NCBI GenBank assembly: GCA_965215015.1
Contig: OZ244042.1
Location: forward strand, 2,304,001-2,368,000
Length of the DNA: 64,000 bases
Reading direction: 5' to 3'
Source: Candidatus Poribacteria bacterium
Lineage (GTDB): Bacteria > Poribacteria > WGA-4E > PCPOR2b
Shown: piece after piece, positions 1 to 7,617 of the stretch
Layout: the number at the start of each line of letters is the position of its first letter
Position numbering within the stretch: position 1 is the stretch's first letter
Made by a program: the position numbers and the translations under genes
The notes under the pieces: model-generated
Told to the model about the DNA's origin: nothing
Database searches by the model: none
The model's input: only the letters and a program-made list of their open reading frames with translations

Positions 1-3000
1 ATTGAAGATTTGGTCAGTGCGGTTATCAACGGTTCACCGACCGCCCCAATTGATCTGCTCTATCGAGAATGGCAACTCTCCGTAGATAGCGCGATACTTG
101 AAGATACCATCTTAGATGATAGCCCCGCTGCAAGCGATGCAAGTCTAGATGACAATCCTTATGTCCTTCGAGCTATTGCTGTTGATACAGCTAGCACAGG
201 GTACCCATCAGCAGAGGGAGTAACGGATAGCTTCTCTACCGATAACTACTCACCCACAGCGATTACTCAAATCGCCAACGAGGTTGAGATGGTTGCTCCA
301 CGCGAAGATGGCAGCTACTATGTTAGCGGCTTACTTGCTGAGAATGTACCCGATCCGATGCTAACCCTGACCGCATGGACAGGCGCGCATCCAAGTGCCT
401 TCACCGGCGGCATCAAGCTCACCGTTACCGATACCGTTTCCGGTGCATCGATTGGCATCCCAGAGACCGGCTTCAATGACTCCGGTAATTATACCTACAC
501 AGGTAACTTTAATCTGGGGTCAATCCCGAATGGGACGTATACCTTCATGGCAGTGGCACACGCCGCCGACGGTTCGACAGAAGAAAGAATTGTCGCTATG
601 GAGATCACCGTTGAGGTGGGTAACTTCACACCACCTGAAAATTTCGCGGACCCGTCAGTTGATATCCTCAGTGTGATTGACACCGAGAATGAGGTACGTA
701 GTCCAAGTGAAATTGATACAATGTATCCGATTGGGTTCCCCGCGATTAGCGATAAAATTACCTTTACGCTGACCGTGCCGAATGTCGCCGCAAGCGACCT
801 CGACGTCCTGATTGGAGATGGTGCAATTTCTGGACGGATGTCAGGTGCCCTCACTGAGGACGGGATGATGGTCACGGCTAACGCCGATGGAACTACCAGT
901 TTTGAAATTACGCTGGATACCACCCAATTTGATGAGGGTATGTTGAACCTCGTGGGAACAGTGACCAAGCCAAACGGGAGTGTTCCATTCGGTTTGCCAT
1001 CAATCCGAGTTGATAGGTCAGGGCCTGTTCTTGAGATTGTATCGCCATTGGCACGGCATCAAGTGACTACGTTGCCGACCATTCAAGTGGCCTATACCGA
1101 TGCGACCGGGTTCGATCCAAACGATATGGCGATGGAGCCGATGCCCGTTGTCATCAGCTTGACCCGCTTGGCGGATACCAAGGAGATTGATGTTACCGAA
1201 ACCCTGATTCGCATAACCGCAGCAGCTCCAGGCGAGGTCTTGACCCAGAGCGGTAACATTGTCTACACACACGATGATCCGGTGGTTGGCGGTGCATACC
1301 GCATCGAGGTTGCCGTGACGGATGTGCTTGGCAATGCCAGTACCGCAGCACCCGTTGAATTTACCGTCGAAGGTGTGCAGCCGACAGTCTCAATCGTATC
1401 GCCGCTGGCAGGGCGTATTATCGATCCGAGACAGCCTTTGATTGTCAGTGTCGCGCTTACGGGTAACGGTAATATAACGGTTACTGAGTTCCAAATCAAC
1501 GGTACTGATATGGAGGGTACCCTAGAGAATAACTGGCTGAACTACACCATGCAGCCGCCCCTTGTTGACGGAGATAATTCGATTCTCCAACGCGGAAGTG
1601 ATAACACCATTTCTGTCAAGATTGTTGATAGCGAAGGGCGAACCGCTGAAGGGTCCACTAGTTTCGCAGTTTCCTTGGATGACACTCCACCAGTGATTTC
1701 GGGACCGGCTCCGAAGGGTGAGGTTACTCGGAAACTCGGTAGAATCACCGCACGGGTCACCGATAATGAATCGAACATCACCCGCATTATGTTGGGGATT
1801 GATGACAATCCACTTAAGGAGATCTCGTTCTCAGCCGGTAGAGACATAGAAGTGGGACGAGGGACCGAGGTACAAGGTCAGACAAACTTTAACTTTACCG
1901 ACGCCCCCCTCGGAACTCACACTGTGACAATTGTGGCAGAAAGTACCGGTGGGGCTTCAACCTTAACGTGGGAATTCACCATAGTGAATCCGGATAACAC
2001 TCCCCCGAAGGTTGTTACCTACTCGCCGCTCGGGATCATTCGGACGGATAGACCGGTACTCGCTGCAACGGTGAGCGATGAATCCGGCTTCCAGAGGGAT
2101 GGCATCACGCTTATCCTCGCCGGTGTTCCGGGAAATCAAGGGTCAGGTAGACGCTCAAGCCCGACCTCTACAACTGTTACATTCACGCCAAGCATTTCGG
2201 TAACCCCGGGGCCCTACACTGCAAGGCTTACGGTGATAGATAGATACAACAACCGAACCGAAGCGGAATGGCAGTTCACGGTTGAACTCGATGAGACGCC
2301 ACCAGCAATTACGACCACCTCTCCGCACGGGGTCATCCATTTGGATAAACCGATTATCTCGGTCTCCGCCAGTGATGACATGTCCGGTGTGGATAGCATC
2401 GAAATTGCTGTCAAAGATGGCAGGAATCTAGCCGTTAACGGTGTTACCACTGTGCGTTCTGATAAGACAGCAGCGACCTTTACGCCAGCCAGTGCCTTGA
2501 AGGATGGTACGCATACCGTTGATGTTACAGTAACTGATATGCGTGGAAATCAGGCCGCAAGCAAATGGCAATTTACCGTTGAGCTTGACCAGATACCGCC
2601 GAGTGTTCTCATTACCCGACCATCTCAGGAACACACCGAACATCGACGTCCCATCATTTCAGCAGCCTACACGGATAACCTGTCGGGTGTGGACGTGGAA
2701 TCGGTGAAGCTGTTACTTGATGGTACACCCGTTGAGCCGGACGAATTGTCAGAAACTCAGGTGGTGTTCACACCTACCTTTGACCTGCCATTTGGTGAGC
2801 ATACGGTGAAGCTGGAGGTTTCCGACTTGGCACCGAAGGCGAACTCGACAGTTCATGAGTGGACCTTCTATGTCGAACGGATCGGGATTGCAAATGCGCG
2901 GAATTATCCGAATCCATTTGAAGATGAGACCACGATTGGCTTTAGGCTTTCGAGGCAAGCCCGCATCACAATCCAGATTTACGATTTCACCGGTAGGCTT

Positions 3001-3177
3001 GTCGCACAACCCGTCGCCAATTCAATCAGAGAGGCAGGACTCGTTAAGATAGAATGGGATGGCGAAACCAGTTCGGGCGATAACCTCGCACGCGGCGTTT
3101 ACTTCTGCCATATTCTCATGGAAAGCGAGCTAGAACCTCAATCTACTATTCTGAAGATGGCAATTATAAGCGACTAG
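1..3177 (+). CDS. Large Ig-like (Big) repeat surface protein with a C-terminal FlgD-Ig / T9SS-CTD-like domain; 5' end lies outside the window
   Basis: Frame is open from base 1. Repeated beta-sandwich units (D-x-T-P-P ... G-x-H/Y-T-V ... W-x-F-T-V). C-terminus NYPNPF...I-x-I-Y-D-F-T-G-R-L-V...WDG...G-V-Y-F is typical of FlgD-Ig/T9SS sorting domains. Confidence 0.8.
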   Translation: MEDLVSAVINGSPTAPIDLLYREWQLSVDSAILEDTILDDSPAASDASLDDNPYVLRAIAVDTASTGYPSAEGVTDSFSTDNYSPTAITQIANEVEMVAPREDGSYYVSGLLAENVPDPMLTLTAWTGAHPSAFTGGIKLTVTDTVSGASIGIPETGFNDSGNYTYTGNFNLGSIPNGTYTFMAVAHAADGSTEERIVAMEITVEVGNFTPPENFADPSVDILSVIDTENEVRSPSEIDTMYPIGFPAISDKITFTLTVPNVAASDLDVLIGDGAISGRMSGALTEDGMMVTANADGTTSFEITLDTTQFDEGMLNLVGTVTKPNGSVPFGLPSIRVDRSGPVLEIVSPLARHQVTTLPTIQVAYTDATGFDPNDMAMEPMPVVISLTRLADTKEIDVTETLIRITAAAPGEVLTQSGNIVYTHDDPVVGGAYRIEVAVTDVLGNASTAAPVEFTVEGVQPTVSIVSPLAGRIIDPRQPLIVSVALTGNGNITVTEFQINGTDMEGTLENNWLNYTMQPPLVDGDNSILQRGSDNTISVKIVDSEGRTAEGSTSFAVSLDDTPPVISGPAPKGEVTRKLGRITARVTDNESNITRIMLGIDDNPLKEISFSAGRDIEVGRGTEVQGQTNFNFTDAPLGTHTVTIVAESTGGASTLTWEFTIVNPDNTPPKVVTYSPLGIIRTDRPVLAATVSDESGFQRDGITLILAGVPGNQGSGRRSSPTSTTVTFTPSISVTPGPYTARLTVIDRYNNRTEAEWQFTVELDETPPAITTTSPHGVIHLDKPIISVSASDDMSGVDSIEIAVKDGRNLAVNGVTTVRSDKTAATFTPASALKDGTHTVDVTVTDMRGNQAASKWQFTVELDQIPPSVLITRPSQEHTEHRRPIISAAYTDNLSGVDVESVKLLLDGTPVEPDELSETQVVFTPTFDLPFGEHTVKLEVSDLAPKANSTVHEWTFYVERIGIANARNYPNPFEDETTIGFRLSRQARITIQIYDFTGRLVAQPVANSIREAGLVKIEWDGETSSGDNLARGVYFCHILMESELEPQSTILKMAIISD

Positions 3178-3183
3178 TAACCA

Positions 3184-3229
3184 TTCATTGGTACATTGGT
3201 TTCATTAATGAAACCAATGTACCAATGAA
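3184..3229. repeat. Perfect 46-bp palindrome
   Basis: TTCATTGGTACATTGGTTTCATTAATGAAACCAATGTACCAATGAA equals its own reverse complement. Confidence 0.9.
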
Positions 3230-3263
3230 CCAACTGTATTTGCCTTCATAAAGGAGGGAGACA

Positions 3264-4193
3264 ATGTTTCAACTTAGGCGTAAATTACTATTCAGTTCAA
3301 TCGGGCTAGTTGCCCTCGGTGTTTTGCTTGCACCCGTCTGCTTCGCCGGTGTGAATGCTGCACCCCATCTCGGAATGGGTAGCGGGGCGCGGCCCCTCGG
3401 AATGGGCGGTGCCTTTACCGCCATCGCGGACGATGCGACTTCAACAATATGGAATCCCGCCGGGATACCGGCTGTGGATGATTTAACTCTAACACTATCT
3501 TCGGCACGGCTATCTCTTGATAGAAAACACAGCTTTATCGGCTTAATCAAAAAGGTCGGTGCCAATGGCGGATTGGGTTTGGCTGTGGTCAATGCCGGCC
3601 TCGATGATATGCCTTCCAGAACCGCCGCGGATGTCGGGACTGGTGCATTTAACTGGAATTTCAACGCCTATTCCCTTTCCTACGGCCATGATCTCGGTGC
3701 CGTAGGTCTCGGTATAAGCGGACGTTTACTTATGGATAGCTTCGGAGATCATTCGAGCAAAAGCGGTTTCGGCGGTGTTGATGTGGGGCTTCTCGGGCAC
3801 AACAAAGCCAGTACCTTCAGCTATGGCCTCGCAGGTAGAAATATCGGTGGTACAATCGCTGGAAGCGAGTTATCTCCTCTCATCGCTGGGGGTCTCGCCT
3901 ATCGAGTCCTCCACAAGCACGTGGCGACCTTCGCCGTTGATGTCCAACACGAGATCGTTGACCTGTCAGAGTCCACAACCAGCCTCCATCTTGGTACCGA
4001 GTACCTGATAGCAAAAACCTTTGCCATTCGGGGCGGCAGCAAACTGACCACTGATCGCCGTCAGTTCTTCGTTGGATTTGGTGCCAATGTCGGTGGACTT
4101 CAACTCGATTATGCCTTGAAAGCTGCTGATAGTGCTGTCAATAACCTCGACGACGACAACACACATTTCGTATCACTCTCTTATAGCTATTAA
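3264..4193 (+). CDS. PorV/PorQ-like (UPF0164, FadL-like) outer-membrane beta-barrel
   Basis: Signal peptide; motif GARPLGMGGAFTAIADDATSTIWNPAG; C-terminal aromatic beta-signal (FVSLSYSY); RBS GGAGGGAG. Confidence 0.8.
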   Translation: MFQLRRKLLFSSIGLVALGVLLAPVCFAGVNAAPHLGMGSGARPLGMGGAFTAIADDATSTIWNPAGIPAVDDLTLTLSSARLSLDRKHSFIGLIKKVGANGGLGLAVVNAGLDDMPSRTAADVGTGAFNWNFNAYSLSYGHDLGAVGLGISGRLLMDSFGDHSSKSGFGGVDVGLLGHNKASTFSYGLAGRNIGGTIAGSELSPLIAGGLAYRVLHKHVATFAVDVQHEIVDLSESTTSLHLGTEYLIAKTFAIRGGSKLTTDRRQFFVGFGANVGGLQLDYALKAADSAVNNLDDDNTHFVSLSYSY

Positions 4194-4391
4194 TTTTTGC
4201 AATGAGTGGATAAGGGCTTTTCGATAAATTTAACGCCAAGGCGTTCCCCCCACTCCCGAATACCCCCAGTACCCTCCAATATTCTTCCCTCCCCGCTTGC
4301 GGGGAGGGTTAGGGTGGAGTTCTTGCGGGGGCGGGCTTCCCACTACTTATTTCCTTAATTTTAACGAACCGATTCTACAAAGGAGCATCCT

Positions 4392-5264
4392 ATGAAGACG
4401 ATGAAATCAATCCTACGCTTCTCGCTTATCCTTTCTCTCTGTCTAGCTTTGACTGGGGCAGCCTATATCCTCACTGCCTCTGCCAAAATTGTTCCCAAGC
4501 CGGACATGGAGGGCACAAAGCTCATTACCCTTGTTGAGGGGGATACCCTGTGGGATCTCGCTGCAGAACATCTCGAAGATCCGCTTAGATGGCCAGAATT
4601 CAAAGAGTACAACGATTTTACCAATCCTGACCGAATCTACCCCGACGAGATGATGCGAGTCCCTGTCAAAATGGTGATGGAGATGGTACAGGAAGCTGTT
4701 GCGGAAGAAATGGTAACCTTGTCAGAGCTTGAGATGATTCAAGAAGAACTGGCTGCTACGGCAGAGAAGCTCGCTGCCACGGAAGCCGAAGCGATGGCCG
4801 CAAAAGAGGCTGTGGGGGTTACCGCAGCCGATGTAACCGCCATCAAAATGATGGTTGAAGACCTAATCGCGAGGCAGAAAATGGTCGAAGGCGGTCTCCA
4901 AGATGTACAAGGTCAGTTGACAGAAGCCGCTGCCAAACTTAATGTTTCCCTGATGGAACACGCTGAAGCCAGCAAAAAGAAAATCTCAAAGGCTCATAAA
5001 GAGGTCGAAGCGGCGCGGGAAGATATCAAAAAACTCCGCAAGACGGTAAAGGAGAATCACAAAGCAGGTATGGAGTCGCTCAAAGCCTCCGAAGAGATAC
5101 TTGCGGCAGGCATTAAGGCGAATGCAGAAAGCCTCGACAAGCTCCACGCAATTGAGCGGGGCGCAACAGAAGAACCGAACCAATCAAAACGGACGCTCGC
5201 ATTCCTAACTACGTTGGCGGGTGGAGCCGCTTGGTTTGCCATCAATGCCATAGGTTCGGATTAG
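4392..5264 (+). CDS. LysM-domain protein with coiled coil and C-terminal hydrophobic anchor
   Basis: N-terminal signal/TM; LysM motif VEGDTLWDLA...W...NPDRIYP; Ala/Glu/Lys-rich heptads; C-terminal TLAFLTTLAGGAAWFAI. Confidence 0.75.
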   Translation: MKTMKSILRFSLILSLCLALTGAAYILTASAKIVPKPDMEGTKLITLVEGDTLWDLAAEHLEDPLRWPEFKEYNDFTNPDRIYPDEMMRVPVKMVMEMVQEAVAEEMVTLSELEMIQEELAATAEKLAATEAEAMAAKEAVGVTAADVTAIKMMVEDLIARQKMVEGGLQDVQGQLTEAAAKLNVSLMEHAEASKKKISKAHKEVEAAREDIKKLRKTVKENHKAGMESLKASEEILAAGIKANAESLDKLHAIERGATEEPNQSKRTLAFLTTLAGGAAWFAINAIGSD

Positions 5265-5295
5265 CTCTTCTAAAAAACAACACATTTTTATTTTG

Positions 5296-5332
5296 AGCAG
5301 GGATAGTGCACTTATCTATCCCTGCTTTTTTT
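5296..5332 (+). terminator. Rho-independent terminator
   Basis: AGCAGGGATAG / CTATCCCTGCT stem followed by a T-run. Confidence 0.75.
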
Positions 5333-5354
5333 ATCTAATCTTGCTGGCACGTTC

Positions 5355-5515
5355 GTAGTAGTGCAATTCATTGCACGTCAACATTGGCTTAAAACGGTAG
5401 ATGGGGCAAGATTCCCCGTATACGGGGTTGGAAGTACTTTGTTTTTCAAGTTATAGAGTTTTAGTCATAGCGACTTCATTGCACGTGGTTAGTAGTAGTG
5501 CAATTCATTGCACGT
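5355..5515. repeat. Cluster of GTAG-type REP-like palindromes (3 copies)
   Basis: GTAGTAGTGCAATTCATTGCACGT at 5355 and 5492, with a variant at about 5462. Confidence 0.7.
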
Positions 5516-5626
5516 CTAGATTGTGCGTTTCTTACGGGTTCTTCCTCCCCTTGCGATTGAATGGTTGGGAGTTTAATGGCAGTCGCGTCTTAAAACTAGT
5601 AACGACTTATCCCCTTAGTTTTCACT

Positions 5627-6226
5627 ATGATTGACTCCAAACAATTCCAAGACACAATCCATCATTTCATTGAGCTCTACGGAGACCGCACCGAAGCAAT
5701 TGGCGATGAAATCCACGCCGGACTGGCATGGATAGAAAAAAAACAGTTGGTTCTGATCGTAGGAGGTGAAGCAGCCACACTCCAGCCCCCCAGTTGGCGT
5801 CGTGTATCACGGCTGTTCGATCTTGCCAAACAATTCCGGCGACCCGTACTGCTGTGGGATGTTCCATTCCGGGCGGACGCAACCGGTCCAGCCACCACCC
5901 TACTCGACAAGCATGCGGCACAAAATAGTCACCTACACCTACTGAAGCTACCCGTCCCCATCATCGGTATCTTTGATCAATTACCTCTCGAGCCCAACTT
6001 TGCCCCGCTTGATGCGGCGGTCCTCTTACAACAGCCGGAGGCAAATCCCCGGTCACAATCTTCAGGGGGTGAAACTTCCACAATTGTAGTCAAGGTAGCA
6101 GACAGTCCTGCCCACCTCAAATCAGATATTCTAGAACTACTCAGCTATCTGTCAACCTTACCGGTCAAAAGGTTGGTCAACCAACGATTGGACACCCTCC
6201 GCCACGCCGTTGGGGGACGCCGCTAA
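5627..6226 (+). CDS. Degenerate AccA (acetyl-CoA carboxyltransferase alpha)-like protein
   Basis: FIELYGDR...IHAGLAWI, WRRVSRLFDLAKQFRRPVLLWD, LPVPIIGI and the C-terminal LVNQRLDTLR align by eye to AccA. The DTPGAYPG and GEGGSGGA motifs are missing. Confidence 0.6.
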   Translation: MIDSKQFQDTIHHFIELYGDRTEAIGDEIHAGLAWIEKKQLVLIVGGEAATLQPPSWRRVSRLFDLAKQFRRPVLLWDVPFRADATGPATTLLDKHAAQNSHLHLLKLPVPIIGIFDQLPLEPNFAPLDAAVLLQQPEANPRSQSSGGETSTIVVKVADSPAHLKSDILELLSYLSTLPVKRLVNQRLDTLRHAVGGRR

Positions 6227-6259
6227 TATATGTGTACGCGGGGGGCAATCAGCCTGGCT

Positions 6260-6372
6260 CGTAGTAGTGCAATTCATTACGCGTTGTTCGTAGTAGTGCA
6301 ATTCATTGCACGTCTGTTTTGTCGTAGCGACTTCATTGTGTGTTGTTGGTAGTAGCGCAATTCATTACGCAT
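6260..6372. repeat. Tandem cluster of GTAG-type REP-like palindromes (4 copies)
   Basis: GTAGTAG(T/C)GCAATTCATT(G/A)C(A/G)C repeated with a period of about 30 bp. Confidence 0.7.
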
Positions 6373-6411
6373 CAGTCATATAGAGGAAGGAGGCTCTTAG
6401 AAAAAAATAAC

Positions 6412-6440
6412 TTGACATCTATAGCACAATAGCGTAAAAT
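6412..6440 (+). promoter_or_regulatory. Sigma70 promoter
   Basis: TTGACA-N17-TAAAAT upstream of the ORF at 6506. Confidence 0.7.
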
Positions 6441-6505
6441 TAACTAAGATTTGACGGTTCTAAGAGTGTTGAATAGCTGCAACTTCAAAAAAGGAGAGAC
6501 ACATC

Positions 6506-7258
6506 ATGAAAATCCAATCACTTTTTACCCTGTTGCTGGCATGTGCATTCGCTTTTCTGAGCGTATATCCGGCGGATGCCGTCATCTACGGCAAACGAGG
6601 GGACGACGAAGCCACCATCCCTTGGGCAGAAGGAATCAAGCATTGGGAACCGGGGCCCGGTGCACAGGCAGAAGTTAAAGGAGATGTACTTGAGCTGCAA
6701 TCTCAAGGGAACACCGGGCTCTTTTTCAATCACCCGGACGTCACCCCTGCAGAGTTGACTGACTATGAGTTAGAAGTGTCTGCGCGAAAAATCGGAGACG
6801 ATAGCAAATACTTCCATCTCTTTACCCGGACCGTTGTACCGACCAAAGACTTCTATTTTGTCGAGGTCAGCTACAACTCCAACACCATCTCAATGTATGA
6901 ATTTAACGACGGTGCAGCCCATGAAATTACCCCCGGCGGTAACGCTGGACGCCCCAAACGACCTGATTCAAAGGACACCAAGGGCGGCGAGCACTATGTT
7001 CTCACATTTTCGGTTGAAAAGAATATCCTCAAGTACTCCGTTGATGGTAGATTATCAATCGTCGTGCAAAACAATAAATGGGCAAAAGGCCCTCCAGGAA
7101 TTGGTGGACGTGGCGGCCAAGTGAATTACTATTGGGTCCGTGTTGATTCTTTGCCGGAGCAGGGATTGCAGAACATCCCCTCAACGGACAAACAATTGTC
7201 AGTCGATAGCGCGGGCAAGCTGGCCACAACGTGGGCAAAGCTGAAACGTGGTTTCTAA
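6506..7258 (+). CDS. Secreted DUF1080/ConA-like beta-sandwich protein with the conserved C-terminal tail
   Basis: Signal peptide; TDYELEVSARK...GPPGIG pattern of DUF1080-like folds; ends LSVDSAGKLATTWAKLKRGF. Confidence 0.65.
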   Translation: MKIQSLFTLLLACAFAFLSVYPADAVIYGKRGDDEATIPWAEGIKHWEPGPGAQAEVKGDVLELQSQGNTGLFFNHPDVTPAELTDYELEVSARKIGDDSKYFHLFTRTVVPTKDFYFVEVSYNSNTISMYEFNDGAAHEITPGGNAGRPKRPDSKDTKGGEHYVLTFSVEKNILKYSVDGRLSIVVQNNKWAKGPPGIGGRGGQVNYYWVRVDSLPEQGLQNIPSTDKQLSVDSAGKLATTWAKLKRGF

Positions 7259-7431
7259 GAATTAATATATTTCAGAGGGTGGGGCTGTGCAGGCCAGGCG
7301 GTCATCGGTTTGGCAAGCCAACTCCATCCCGATAGGCACAAGACGGGCGTGCCTTGGACATAGGGAAGCGAGTCCTTGAGCACCGGAGCGTGCCTGCTAC
7401 TATGTAAGAAAGACAAGGTCTCTAGCATAAC

Positions 7432-7469
7432 AGGGGTGGGGCATCAATGAATGTCTCGCCCCTTTTTTT
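7432..7469 (+). terminator. Rho-independent terminator
   Basis: AGGGGTGGGGCAT / ATGTCTCGCCCCT stem followed by a T-run. Confidence 0.6.
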
Positions 7470-7520
7470 ATCAAAAATCCTTTAGAGGCAATCCCCATTC
7501 CCCTCCGCTTTCGTTCTTGC

Positions 7521-7612
7521 CCTCCCCGCTAAATACCCGGCGGGTTGTCCGTTAGTTCCTCGCTCATTGAGCCTAGAAAGGTCTGATACCGTGTGGGTAT
7601 TTGGGGATTGGG
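7521..7612. repeat. Dispersed ~90-bp repeat (other copies at ~14029-14125, ~40751-40801; partial at ~17735 and ~23268)
   Basis: CCCGCTAAATACCCGG(C/T)GGGTT(G/A)TCCGT...TCATTGAG...CTGATACCGTGTGGGTATT is shared between copies. Confidence 0.7.
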
Positions 7613-7617
7613 GGACT

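Noticed and set aside
6260-6372. Mini CRISPR array
   Set aside because: Gaps between palindromes are only about 5-8 bp, and the unit is a dispersed REP-like sequence.
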